DNA from: Gammaproteobacteria bacterium
Lineage (GTDB): Bacteria; Pseudomonadota; Gammaproteobacteria; Eutrophobiales; Eutrophobiaceae
Direction: 5' to 3'
Assembly: GCA_965243205.1 (NCBI GenBank)
Contig: CBDEUK010000001.1
Coordinates: 128,001-192,000 of the forward strand
Length of the DNA stretch: 64,000 nucleotides
The position numbers and the translations under genes are program-made. This document shows positions 49,896 to 61,343 of this stretch, in pieces. Position 1 is the stretch's first letter. Each line of letters opens with the position of its first letter. The notes beneath the pieces were generated by a model that saw nothing but the letters and a program-made list of their open reading frames with translations, searched no databases and had not been told where the DNA came from.

Positions 49896-50546
49896 TTATG
49901 AAATGTGTTTATTTTTTCTAAAACCAAAAACCGTAGCCAGTGGTGCAAGCATTAAGTAAACAGCAGCAGGTACTGGGACTGCATTAGGATCGGGCGCACC
50001 TGTCAATTGAAAATCAATTGAAAAAATATCTGTGCCACCCGTTTCATTAAACCAGAATAAATATTCGCCAGCTGTTAGCTGAGTGATAGGCAAACTAAAT
50101 CCTGCATTATTTGTGGCATCATCTGATTCAAATAAATCTGTACCAGCATCCTCTTCACCAAACAATAACCCAGTCAACAACAAACTTGGATCTAATGGGA
50201 AACTATTAGCTCCGAGCGAATTAACATCAAAAGTTGTAGCATCTAATATCCCAAAGAAACCAGGTCCCGCACCTTGAAGACTCGTAAAATTGATTAATTG
50301 AACAGTATCTAATGTTTCACCTTCTTCAATTGTTACTTGAAATACATCTGGTCCTAAAAGGCTTGTATCAGTGAAAAAACTTAAGTTATTTGAACCTGCT
50401 TCAAAGTCGACTTGTAAAGGATTTCTAAAATCACCCGTTTGAGCAATCCCATCTACAACAATAAAAGCACTCACACTTTGAGCACTCAATAGAATAATAA
50501 AACCTAATACTATTTTATTTATATAATTATTTATATTTTTCATCAT
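49896..50546 (-). CDS. Secreted protein with VPLPA-CTERM-type sorting signal
   Basis: Signal peptide (VSA-F); ends AVPVPAAVYLMLAPLATVFGFRKNK. Paralog of the adjacent gene. Confidence 0.82.
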   Translation of the reverse strand: MMKNINNYINKIVLGFIILLSAQSVSAFIVVDGIAQTGDFRNPLQVDFEAGSNNLSFFTDTSLLGPDVFQVTIEEGETLDTVQLINFTSLQGAGPGFFGILDATTFDVNSLGANSFPLDPSLLLTGLLFGEEDAGTDLFESDDATNNAGFSLPITQLTAGEYLFWFNETGGTDIFSIDFQLTGAPDPNAVPVPAAVYLMLAPLATVFGFRKNKHIS

Positions 50547-50567
50547 GCTATTCCTAAAATAATTCTA

Positions 50568-51263
50568 TTAACTTGTGCTTTTCTTTGAACGCAACACAAA
50601 CCCCAGAGGTCCTAATAAAAGCAACACAGAGGCAGGTATTGGTGTAGCAACAACATTTTCAGCGTCGATTAGGAACTCAAGTTCATAAGTAAATTCGCCT
50701 GATGTCTCACTTAACCAAACCCAGTAACTACCTGGACCAAGTATTCCACTAAAACCTGAAATAAATTCTAGTGCAGCACCTTCTTCATCTTGAGAAGTAC
50801 GGCTTGCTAAATCAAGAAGATTAAAATGTGGACCTTGTATAGGACCAAGGTCATTTTGTGTAAACAAAGATGCATTAAACAACTCAGTATTTTCATCACC
50901 AGGATCAAGACCTGCTATGTTATTTGATAGCCTAGGTGCATTAGTAAAATCACCAATCCCAAAAAATCCCGATGGAGTTGCAAAATCGAATGTAAATGGC
51001 GAATAATTTAATAGATTAACCGCAGTTAAAGTTTCACCTTCTCTTAAAGTGAAAGAGAAAAAATCTCCACCACCAAAAGTAAAATTATCAACCAAGCCGC
51101 TCACGCTATTAGAACCAGCATCAAATTGTATTGTAGATATCGATGTTGGATCATTTGATAGAGGACCATCTAAAGTTTCATCATAAACTAATGCATGTGA
51201 ACTAAAACTTGTAAATATCCCTATTAAGGCTATCGAAAATTTATTTAAGTACTTCATCATCAT
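50568..51263 (-). CDS. Secreted protein with VPLPA-CTERM-like sorting signal
   Basis: Signal peptide (SHA-L); ends TPIPASVLLLLGPLGFVLRSKK. Shares FxAGSN, EGETL, GFFGI and WxxETxG with its neighbour. Confidence 0.8.
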   Translation of the reverse strand: MMMKYLNKFSIALIGIFTSFSSHALVYDETLDGPLSNDPTSISTIQFDAGSNSVSGLVDNFTFGGGDFFSFTLREGETLTAVNLLNYSPFTFDFATPSGFFGIGDFTNAPRLSNNIAGLDPGDENTELFNASLFTQNDLGPIQGPHFNLLDLASRTSQDEEGAALEFISGFSGILGPGSYWVWLSETSGEFTYELEFLIDAENVVATPIPASVLLLLGPLGFVLRSKKSTS

Positions 51264-51293
51264 TCTCCTAAAAAGAGAGTTTTATATAAATAT

Positions 51294-52733
51294 TTAAGAA
51301 ATAAATCCAAATGGTAAAGACTGGCCTGGGCTCCAAAAATTACCCAAGTTAGGTAAAATGTATTGCATCTCTGTACTATTTGGATCAATGCCAAACCATT
51401 GAGCGATTTCTAAATAATATTGATCAACCGAAGATGTTGGCACTACGCGACCTCGACCAATATCAAGTGGGTTACCGGTATTTAAAGACACAGGGTAATC
51501 ACCATAGACTCGACCACCATTGATTACACCAGGTCCAAGCAATAACATATTGCCACCCCAAGCATGGTCAGTACCAGAACCATTAAATGTTAATGTTCGT
51601 GCAAAATCAGATGCCATAAATAATAAAACTTTACCTTCAGCACCAATTTCATAAATTGCATCATTAACGGCTTTTAGAACATCATTAATTTTTTGAATTT
51701 GAGGGGGATGGTTTTGATTAAAATTACCATGATGATCCCAATTACCCTCTTGAACAAAAAAGATTTGGCGAGTTTGTCCTAAAGCTTCTTGAACAGAAAT
51801 CGTTTTCATAATTTGTTCCATTTCTCGCCCTAAATTATTCTCAGGAAACTGAGTATTAAAATTAATATCTTCAGTATTAGCGTTATATTCAAGAGCCCCA
51901 TTAACAGCATTGAATTTTTTATTTGCAAAAGTATCTGCTAATAAATTGGCATATGTCGCATTCGTTAAGCTGTCATGAGAACGAGTTAATATGCGATCCA
52001 TTGTGCTACCACCACCATATCCGTTTAATACATCGGCACCACTGTATTCATTAAGAACGTATTGAAAAGTAGACTGGCCACTTAGCATAGTTCTCTCGCC
52101 GTCTAATGAGTAACAGATTGACAAAGCAGGGTTAGAATTAAATGAATCATTTAATAAATCAGAACAACGACCTGCCCAACCAGTTAAACCACTGCGAGTT
52201 TGAGGTACAGCTGTTTGCCAAGCGCGTTGATGATCAGAATGCGAAAATAAACCAACTGGAAAAGTAACGTCAGAATTCCTGAAGCGATCTCTATATTGTT
52301 GGGCAGTGATCGGCTCAACTAAGGTTCCAACATTTGCAACACATGCCAAATTGCCGTTGTTATACATATCACGACAATCTGTCATATTTGGGTGAAACGC
52401 GAATTGCCTACCTGAATTTGGATCGGTAATAGCTGTACTAATTAATTCATTGCGAGAATAGGCTACAGCGGTTCTAACGGCTTGATAATCTGCATGCTCA
52501 CTGTTTTCATATGGCATGAGCATGTTATAAGAATCATTACCACCGTTTAAAAACAAGCAAATCATTGCCTTGTAATCTGATTGTGGTACAGCTGCTGCCG
52601 CTGCTTGTGTCATTGTCAAAGACAACATTTGAGACAGCGCCGATGTTGATGCCATTGCAGAACAACCGCCAGTATATTTTAAAAAGTTTCGACGTGATGA
52701 ATTAAACTTTGAATGTTTACGTTGTTTACTCAT
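51294..52733 (-). CDS. DUF1501 protein with Tat signal
   Basis: SRRNFLK twin-Arg motif; FLNGGNDSYN, LFSHSD, GWAGR, WDHH, SDFART and GTDHAWG motifs. Confidence 0.92.
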   Translation of the reverse strand: MSKQRKHSKFNSSRRNFLKYTGGCSAMASTSALSQMLSLTMTQAAAAAVPQSDYKAMICLFLNGGNDSYNMLMPYENSEHADYQAVRTAVAYSRNELISTAITDPNSGRQFAFHPNMTDCRDMYNNGNLACVANVGTLVEPITAQQYRDRFRNSDVTFPVGLFSHSDHQRAWQTAVPQTRSGLTGWAGRCSDLLNDSFNSNPALSICYSLDGERTMLSGQSTFQYVLNEYSGADVLNGYGGGSTMDRILTRSHDSLTNATYANLLADTFANKKFNAVNGALEYNANTEDINFNTQFPENNLGREMEQIMKTISVQEALGQTRQIFFVQEGNWDHHGNFNQNHPPQIQKINDVLKAVNDAIYEIGAEGKVLLFMASDFARTLTFNGSGTDHAWGGNMLLLGPGVINGGRVYGDYPVSLNTGNPLDIGRGRVVPTSSVDQYYLEIAQWFGIDPNSTEMQYILPNLGNFWSPGQSLPFGFIS

Positions 52734-52772
52734 AATAAATTCCTCTATTTGCTATCGTTCTTAAATTAACAA

Positions 52773-54635
52773 TTAACGAACGACACATTCAGGTGCTTCG
52801 ACTAGTGACATAATCGTGCCTTCGGTAATATCTTTTGCACGTGTACTTGCATTTCTCGCCTCTTGACGAGTAATACCATAGAGCTCTCTTAAAAAGCTAA
52901 AGTTGACATTACCGCCACAGAGATAAACATTCAGCTTGTCAAAAAATGCTCTAGTACCTCCCGTGGATAATAAGTTTTGCCAATAATCAAAATGCACCAA
53001 CACATCTAATTCGCGTCGAGGTTCATTTTCTAATCGATAATACACACCCTCATCATCGGCTTCTCGAATGTAGTGACGATAGGTATCTGCAGTATCAACA
53101 ATTGAAGTGGTATCTATAATTTCAAATTCAGGAGACACAAGCGTTGAATTAACAACGTCCGCTGGATCAGGTGTGTAATTCGATACAGCACCTGGTGCTT
53201 GGTAATCAGGCTTATAAAAGTTGAACACACTCGGAGAACGATGAGCGCCTTGTTCAAAATCACTTGATAAATCAGGTAATGCCAAACGACCTAGAGTATA
53301 ATTTGAAGTTGCCTCAAACAACCTTAAGAAGGCAGTAAAGCGCATAATAGGCTCAATAACTTTAGTACGTTCCGTACCACCATTAAATATTTCTACACCA
53401 ATGACACGTTGGTTACGACTATTTCGTCTTACTCGATAATCATAATTATTTAAATTATGATCAGATAGTAGAATTGTTTTTATTACTTCACCTAAATCAC
53501 CTGAAGTATTAACAAATACAGTTGCGACTTCTTGTACATAAGCAGGTGAAGGATTAGACATTGTAAAACGTTGAATTAAACGGCGTGAAATAAAAGGCGC
53601 TGTATTTGGATGTGTGCTTAAAATATTTAACACAGCATCGAGATCTTGTTGCGCATTTTGACCGGCAGGTAAGATAGTACCATTGGTTAAATCGGTTAAA
53701 TCCTTTTCATCTGTATCATGCCAAAAAGTATCAAAAACCATTGGTAAGGAGAACACCGGCTCGTCATCAAAGAAGTTGCGAGTTGCATAATGCCAACCTG
53801 TAAATACTCTGGCCATTGTTCGAATGGTATTATTATCATAAGTATCGATTAAATTACCATTGCCATCGACTCTAAACGTTCCATCGATATTTAGCTCATG
53901 TAATCCTATTGAAAATAACTGCATGATCTCACGTGCATAGTTTTCATCTGGAAATAAATTATCTTGTGGAATCGGCTTAGGATTATTTGCATGACTTAAG
54001 AAACGCCCCATAACTGGATGCATGCTTACTTGACGTAGAAGATCTCGATAATTTCCAAAAGCATTACTTGTCATCAAATCATAGTAATAAGTCGAACCAA
54101 GAAATAATGGTTGCCCATTATTATCTTGATCAGAACGATGTAGATAAAAATCATCATCATTCACGACAAAAATCTGAGATAGCGCCCATGCCATACGCTG
54201 ACGTAATTGATCCTGTGATGTTAAACTGGAATGCCACCAAGCGTGATAACGATATTCATCGATACCATATACATTAACATTATCTTGGTTAAAGTAATCA
54301 ATGCCATCATCAGTCATCATTTGTCGTTCAAGCATATTATGCAAGGTCACTGGTAGAGTCATTTGATTATCAACCCATTCAGTTAATGCAGCTCTGTGAC
54401 CAATGGCAAGAATTCGCTGAGCTAAAGCTTCGGTTTCAGCAATCGTTGGTCCAAAAGTAGTTTGTGATAAAAACTGGCTGGCTTGAGCTTCAGCAATTAC
54501 TTGCTGATAATTTGTATCGTTCGCCGCTAATGCGCCACTGCGCGTAGGTGTCGCCGCAAACGAGAATTGACTAGAAAAAACAAGAAGAATAGAAATCCAG
54601 AACTTATGTATCTGGCCACAGTGCAACTTCTTCAT
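52773..54635 (-). CDS. DUF1800 protein (secreted)
   Basis: FLSQTTFGP, DQLRQRMAWALSQIFV, PDENYAREIMQLFSIGL, ARVFTGW and SPSVFNFY motifs. Likely start is the ATG at 54635, after GGAG. Confidence 0.92.
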   Translation of the reverse strand: MKKLHCGQIHKFWISILLVFSSQFSFAATPTRSGALAANDTNYQQVIAEAQASQFLSQTTFGPTIAETEALAQRILAIGHRAALTEWVDNQMTLPVTLHNMLERQMMTDDGIDYFNQDNVNVYGIDEYRYHAWWHSSLTSQDQLRQRMAWALSQIFVVNDDDFYLHRSDQDNNGQPLFLGSTYYYDLMTSNAFGNYRDLLRQVSMHPVMGRFLSHANNPKPIPQDNLFPDENYAREIMQLFSIGLHELNIDGTFRVDGNGNLIDTYDNNTIRTMARVFTGWHYATRNFFDDEPVFSLPMVFDTFWHDTDEKDLTDLTNGTILPAGQNAQQDLDAVLNILSTHPNTAPFISRRLIQRFTMSNPSPAYVQEVATVFVNTSGDLGEVIKTILLSDHNLNNYDYRVRRNSRNQRVIGVEIFNGGTERTKVIEPIMRFTAFLRLFEATSNYTLGRLALPDLSSDFEQGAHRSPSVFNFYKPDYQAPGAVSNYTPDPADVVNSTLVSPEFEIIDTTSIVDTADTYRHYIREADDEGVYYRLENEPRRELDVLVHFDYWQNLLSTGGTRAFFDKLNVYLCGGNVNFSFLRELYGITRQEARNASTRAKDITEGTIMSLVEAPECVVR

Positions 54636-54653
54636 GGTCAAGTATCTCCAAAC

Positions 54654-54671
54654 TATTAATACGAGTATTTA
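54654..54671 (-). promoter_or_regulatory. 18-bp leader motif TAAATACTCGTATTAATA, shared with the leader of the 596-aa gene
   Basis: 17/18 identical to 11507-11524 and immediately upstream of the RBS. Confidence 0.5.
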
Positions 54672-54741
54672 TCCTTGATTTAGAATTAGTTTGTAGTTAT
54701 TTAATTTCAATTTAGTACTACATCCATAACAAGGTAACGGG

Positions 54742-54784
54742 ATTGTTGCACTAAAACTAAAGGCTAACTATGAAATGGTTCACA
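54742..54784 (-). promoter_or_regulatory. Putative class II CRP-dependent promoter of the DUF1800 operon
   Basis: Minus strand has TGTGA-ACCATT-TCATA (54784-54769) and an extended -10 TG-C-AACAAT (54750-54742). The CRP-type site is centred at -41.5 relative to that -10. Confidence 0.6.
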
Positions 54785-54893
54785 TACGATTAGTGAAATT
54801 AGGCAAACTTGTTCACAAAAAAAATGCGGAAGCCCTAAATTGTGAACTAGTTATCATTTAAGAAAGGGATATTAAAATAATAAATAAAAGTAT

Positions 54894-56204
<1,311 letters not shown>

Positions 56205-56212
56205 TTAATTTA

Positions 56213-57394
56213 TTATAATGACTGAACAGTCCATTCTTCGTTATGTTTAATTAAAGTCCTATCACATCCCATTGCTTTAGCACCACCAGTTTGTCCTGGT
56301 AATTCATTAATGACTGTTTCACCCTGCTCTCTTAACTCTAAGATTTTTTTTGTTAAAGTTTCATCTTTTATAGAAGGTGCAAAAATCGCTTTAAACTCTT
56401 TAGCCGGTTTATTGGATAATTTCATCAATAATTTTATATCCGCACTAAAACCGGTCGCAGCTCGTGAACGACCAAATGAAACACCCACATTATCATAACG
56501 CCCACCAAATGCGATGCCAGAACCTTGGCCTGGTACATAAGCTGAAAACATAATTCCAGTATGATAGTGATAACCACGTAAATCCGCTAAATCAAAAAAT
56601 AATGGTGCCTTTGGATGAGTAGATACAACTTGTTCATAAAGCTTTTTCAATTCATTTAGATAATTTTTAATTTTTTCATTTTTAAAAAATCGATCTGCTT
56701 CATCCAAAATTGAAACTTCACCATTAAATTCAATCAGTTTTTCAAACGGAAGCAATTCATTTTTAGCTAAATTCCATTGCTGTATTTTTTCATGCAGTTC
56801 AGGTATGGCTTTGCGTTGCAAGATGTTAAATAACTCAGCTTGTTGTTGTTGAGTTAAATCTGTTTCGCTGATTAATGCATTAAAAATCGCAACATGACCT
56901 ATATCAATATGAATATTATCAATACCAATCTTTTCTAGTATGCACAGTAATAAACAAAGAGTTTCTGCATCGCTTTCAATACCACTATGACCAAATAACT
57001 CGGCACCTACTTGTAATGGACTTCGTGTTCCACCATGACTATTTGGTTTTGTATGCAATACGGTACCTAGATAGCAGAGCCTCTCAGGTACATCACGTTT
57101 TAAATAATGAGCATCAATTCTTGCGACTTGAGGAGTGGTATCTGCACGTATACCCATCATCCGTCCTGTTAACAAATCAGTGATCTTAAAAGTTTGTAAT
57201 TCTAAGTCTTCACCTGTACCTGTTAAAAGCGAGTCAAGGTATTCAATCATCGGTGGAATTACTAATTGATAACCCCAACTTTGAAAGGTATCAATCACAA
57301 TTCGACAAATTTCTTCTAACCTGGTCGCTTCAGGAGGTAAAATTTCCTCAATGCCTTCCGGTAACAACCATGAGTTTTTTTCTTGGTTACTCAT
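56213..57394 (-). CDS. hisZ: ATP phosphoribosyltransferase regulatory subunit
   Basis: WLLPEGIEE, RADTTPQVARID, QVGAE and GGRYD motifs, upstream of purA. Confidence 0.94.
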   Translation of the reverse strand: MSNQEKNSWLLPEGIEEILPPEATRLEEICRIVIDTFQSWGYQLVIPPMIEYLDSLLTGTGEDLELQTFKITDLLTGRMMGIRADTTPQVARIDAHYLKRDVPERLCYLGTVLHTKPNSHGGTRSPLQVGAELFGHSGIESDAETLCLLLCILEKIGIDNIHIDIGHVAIFNALISETDLTQQQQAELFNILQRKAIPELHEKIQQWNLAKNELLPFEKLIEFNGEVSILDEADRFFKNEKIKNYLNELKKLYEQVVSTHPKAPLFFDLADLRGYHYHTGIMFSAYVPGQGSGIAFGGRYDNVGVSFGRSRAATGFSADIKLLMKLSNKPAKEFKAIFAPSIKDETLTKKILELREQGETVINELPGQTGGAKAMGCDRTLIKHNEEWTVQSL

Positions 57395-57579
57395 AATGAA
57401 ATAAAAAATAAAATGATTAGCCCTGTAATCATACTAGTTAAGCCAAGTAAACGTATCTCCGATGTTTTCATATTAAAAACCATTGCCATCATTTCACGCC
57501 ATTTATTGGGTGAAATAAAAGGTAGGATACCTTCCATAATTAACATTAATGCAAATGCTGTTATAAAAACTGAAATCAT
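57391..57579 (-). CDS. DUF2065/YjeT membrane protein
   Basis: EGILPFISPNKWR...IRLLG, between hflC and hisZ. Confidence 0.88.
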   Translation of the reverse strand: MISVFITAFALMLIMEGILPFISPNKWREMMAMVFNMKTSEIRLLGLTSMITGLIILFFISL

Positions 57580-57663
57580 GAAGGCCCTTCAGTATTCATC
57601 AAAGGATATAAAAGATTATATTATTTACGTTTAACAAACATAGAAGCGGTAAAAACTGAATTT

Positions 57664-58533
57664 TTATTGGCCATTTTGGTTATTAAAGTATTTAAAAAAT
57701 TCAGAATCTGGTGCAAGTAATAATACGTTATCGCTATTATTAAAACTTTTTTGATAAGCATTTAAACTACGATATAAAGCATAAAACTCTTCATCTTTAC
57801 CATAAGCGGCGGCATAAACTTCTGTTGCTTGAGCATCGCCTTCACCACGAATCGTTTCAGCTTCGCGATAAGCATCCGCTAAGATCACTTGACGTTCACG
57901 GTCAGCATTCGCTTGAATTCGTTCAGCAGCCTCTGCACCTTTCGCACGTAGTTCTTTAGCAACTCTAACTCGCTCAGAACGCATACGTTGGTATACTTCA
58001 CTACTGACTTCTTCAGGAAGATCGATACGTTTGGTACGTACATCTACAACCTCAATTCCATACTGTTGGATCATAGTTTCTGAAATATTACCAACGATGC
58101 TTAAAATTTCAGTACGTTCGCCAGCAACCACTTCTTGTACGGATCGTTTACCAAACTCATCTCGCAATGCCTGGTTTATACTTTGACCAATCAAACCATT
58201 CGCGTATTCAATATCACCACCACGAGTTGATGTATAAAATTTCTTAACATCGATAATGCGCCATTTAGCATAATAATCAACATTCAAATCTTTCTTTTCC
58301 GATGTAAGAAAACGCCCAGGGTCACGATCCAAATTTAATACTCTGGTTTCAAATTTGTGGGCTGTATTAATAAATAGAGGCCACATAAAATGTAAACCCG
58401 GCTTAGATTCAGCTCGAACAATTTCACCAAACTGGATCACTACAGCCTGTTCGGACTCTTTAACTTTAAATACGCCTGTAAGCCCAATTAATAATAAAAC
58501 TACGAAAACCATAAACAGAGTTCTTATATTCAT
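57664..58533 (-). CDS. hflC: FtsH modulator HflC
   Basis: SPFH domain; PGLHF, RMRSER and FYALYRSL motifs. Confidence 0.95.
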   Translation of the reverse strand: MNIRTLFMVFVVLLLIGLTGVFKVKESEQAVVIQFGEIVRAESKPGLHFMWPLFINTAHKFETRVLNLDRDPGRFLTSEKKDLNVDYYAKWRIIDVKKFYTSTRGGDIEYANGLIGQSINQALRDEFGKRSVQEVVAGERTEILSIVGNISETMIQQYGIEVVDVRTKRIDLPEEVSSEVYQRMRSERVRVAKELRAKGAEAAERIQANADRERQVILADAYREAETIRGEGDAQATEVYAAAYGKDEEFYALYRSLNAYQKSFNNSDNVLLLAPDSEFFKYFNNQNGQ

Positions 58534-59663
58534 TAACGTAGTCCTCTTAATCTATCGTCAACTGAATTAGTGGACGGAGTATTAACTGTTGCTGATGGTT
58601 GACGATAATTATTATTAGTACCTCCACCCAATTGATTATTTTTGATTAATTGATCAATTGGTAAATACATCAAGCTATTACTACTCTCAGCATCCATCAG
58701 TACTTTATTTGAGTTTGATAAGACATTTTCCATTGCATCTAAGTATAAACGTTGACGAGTAATCTCAGGAGCACGCTTATATTCTTTAAGTTGTTGAGCA
58801 AAACGACTAGCCTCACCTTCAGCCTTTGCAATGACGCTGGCTTTATAACCATTGGCTTCTTCACGTAACCTTGCAGCCTCACCTCGAGCACGCGGTATAA
58901 TTTCATTACGATAGGCTTCAGCTTCATTCACTTTACGTTCTCTATCTTCGCGTGCCTTGATCACATCATCAAAAGCGTCTTTAACCTGTTCAGGTGGTTT
59001 AGAAGATTGCAATTCTACGCCTACGATACTGATGCCAGTTTCATAATCATCAAGAATATCTTGGAGAAGAGCTTGTTGTGTTGAGGCAATTTCACTACGA
59101 CCTTCAGTCAAAATAAAGTCTAATTTAGATTTACCGATCACTTCACGCACTGCACTTTCTGTTGCTTGTATTAATGTTGATAAAGGATCATTTACTTTAA
59201 ATAGATACTTGGCAGGCTCGGCGATTTGCCATTTCACGGAAACATCGACATCAACGATGTTTTCATCCTGGGTCAACATTGTTGCTCTACTGGTTATTTG
59301 ACGAACCTGGCCCACATTCACTTTTTCTACAGTTTCTATTGGTCGAGGAAATCGAAAGTTTAAACCTGGTTGGATAGTTGTAACGTATTCACCAAATCTT
59401 AGAACAACTCCACGTTCCTGTTGATTGATGGTGTAAGTGACGTCATATATTAACCACGCAAATACAGCGAGTAGTAAAAAAGCCCACGGAATATTTTCAC
59501 CTTCGCCTGAGCTTGAATTGCCCGATTTATTTCCGAACAAACCACCCAAACCTTTTTGCCACTTTTTCATCATCTCATCGAGATCAGGCGGGCCATCATT
59601 ATTGCCACGATTACCCCATGGATCTTTATCGTTGTTATCACCAGAAGGCTCATTCCAGCCCAT
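58533..59663 (-). CDS. hflK: FtsH modulator HflK
   Basis: MGWNEP, DPWG, GPPDLDE and MLTQDENIV motifs. Confidence 0.96.
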   Translation of the reverse strand: MGWNEPSGDNNDKDPWGNRGNNDGPPDLDEMMKKWQKGLGGLFGNKSGNSSSGEGENIPWAFLLLAVFAWLIYDVTYTINQQERGVVLRFGEYVTTIQPGLNFRFPRPIETVEKVNVGQVRQITSRATMLTQDENIVDVDVSVKWQIAEPAKYLFKVNDPLSTLIQATESAVREVIGKSKLDFILTEGRSEIASTQQALLQDILDDYETGISIVGVELQSSKPPEQVKDAFDDVIKAREDRERKVNEAEAYRNEIIPRARGEAARLREEANGYKASVIAKAEGEASRFAQQLKEYKRAPEITRQRLYLDAMENVLSNSNKVLMDAESSNSLMYLPIDQLIKNNQLGGGTNNNYRQPSATVNTPSTNSVDDRLRGLR

Positions 59664-59684
59664 GATTGCTACTCTCCAGTTTGA

Positions 59685-60980
59685 TTAGTTAATTAATTCG
59701 CCTTGTAAAACGGCAGTTGAGACGCCTGATTGCTTACAAAAAAGCTCTAATGTGGTTTTATCAAGATGGATATCCATCACCCAACCACCCTTTTCATCAG
59801 TGGTTTCCTGTTCAACCACGCCTGCATTGAATAATTGAGCACGTAATTTGCCAGCACTTGGCGGGATATGCAATTGATGAAAGGCATTTTTTTCATAAAC
59901 AAAAGAATTAATAGCATCTTTTAGTAACTCTTGGCCTTCACGAGTCTTAGCGGATAACCAAATATGAGTTGCTACACCCGCTTCATTCTCTCGAATTTTA
60001 GCTGAAAAAGCGTCATCTAAATCGATTTTGTTATAGACCATTAACTGAGGCACATCACCTGCCTCAATTTCATCGATCACCTCATTGACCTGATCAATGT
60101 GATTTTGTCGTTGCGGATCATTCACGTCCACAACATGTAACAACAAATCCGCTTGTTTCACTTCTAATAAGGTTGCGTGGAATGATTCAATCAAATCATG
60201 AGGAATTTGACGAATGAAACCAACCGTATCTGATAATACAATAGGATGATTACCTTCTAATACACAACGACGTTGAGTCGCGTCTAAGGTCGCAAACAAT
60301 TGATCAGCAGCATAAACTTTAGCATCGGTTAAGGTATTAAACAGAGTTGATTTGCCTGCATTGGTATAGCCTACCAATGCCACCAATGGTACTTTGGAAC
60401 GTAATCGTCGTTGTCGACCTTGCTGACGTTGTTGTTTAACTTTTTCTAATCGAGCTTTGATTGTCTTGATGCGCTGGCGTAATAATCGACGGTCGGTTTC
60501 TAACTGGGTCTCACCAGGACCTCTGAGGCCGATACCACCTTTTTGGCGCTCCAAGTGAGTCCAACCTCTGATAAGTCGAGTTGATAGATGAGTCAATTGA
60601 GCTAGTTCAACCTGTAACTTACCTTCATAACTGGAAGCACGTTGAGCAAAGATATCTAGAATTAAACCTACTCGGTCAATCACTCGTGCTTTGCACAGTT
60701 TTTCTAAATTACGTTCCTGACTCGGAGAAAGAGAATGATTAAAAATGATCAGCTTTATATCCAAGGCTTGGCATTGCATGGCAATTTCTTCGGCCTTACC
60801 CTGACCAACAAAATATTTTGGATCAGGGGTTTGGCGACTACCTTGAATAACAGCTTCAGGCTTAAGATTGGCAGATTCGACCAATTGGACGAACTCATTA
60901 TGATCATCCTCGAATTCGCCAGTATGAAAATCTATATGGACAAGTACTGCTTGTTCTTTATCGTCAGCTATTTGATTCAA
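59685..60980 (-). CDS. hflX: Ribosome-splitting GTPase HflX
   Basis: GPGETQLETDRR, GYTNAGKST, DTVGF and NKID motifs. Confidence 0.97.
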   Translation of the reverse strand: MNQIADDKEQAVLVHIDFHTGEFEDDHNEFVQLVESANLKPEAVIQGSRQTPDPKYFVGQGKAEEIAMQCQALDIKLIIFNHSLSPSQERNLEKLCKARVIDRVGLILDIFAQRASSYEGKLQVELAQLTHLSTRLIRGWTHLERQKGGIGLRGPGETQLETDRRLLRQRIKTIKARLEKVKQQRQQGRQRRLRSKVPLVALVGYTNAGKSTLFNTLTDAKVYAADQLFATLDATQRRCVLEGNHPIVLSDTVGFIRQIPHDLIESFHATLLEVKQADLLLHVVDVNDPQRQNHIDQVNEVIDEIEAGDVPQLMVYNKIDLDDAFSAKIRENEAGVATHIWLSAKTREGQELLKDAINSFVYEKNAFHQLHIPPSAGKLRAQLFNAGVVEQETTDEKGGWVMDIHLDKTTLELFCKQSGVSTAVLQGELIN

Positions 60981-61006
60981 ATAAAGCGTACCACCTAGAC
61001 CCAGAA

Positions 61007-61246
61007 TTAATCAGCGTCTTCTTCATCAGCCCTTGGCATTTTGACATTTTTCGCTGGAACGATAGTCGAAATGGCATGTTTATAGACCAGTTGATTCACT
61101 GAATTTTTCAATAAAACCACAAATTGATCAAATGACTCAACCTGTCCTTGTAGTTTAATCCCATTGACTAAGTAAATGGATACAGGTATCCGCTCCTTTC
61201 TGAGTGCATTGAGAAATGGGTCTTGTAACGTATGCCCTTTGCTCAT
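61007..61246 (-). CDS. hfq: RNA chaperone Hfq
   Basis: [22 protein letters not shown] and YKHAIST motifs. Confidence 0.98.
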   Translation of the reverse strand: MSKGHTLQDPFLNALRKERIPVSIYLVNGIKLQGQVESFDQFVVLLKNSVNQLVYKHAISTIVPAKNVKMPRADEEDAD

Positions 61247-61343
61247 TGGATTTCTCCTTATTTTTATTAATTATCCTGGCTCACCAGCATGTGGCCAAAA
61301 AATAATCATTATTTATTGTATATATACGAATGTAATGCTGATT

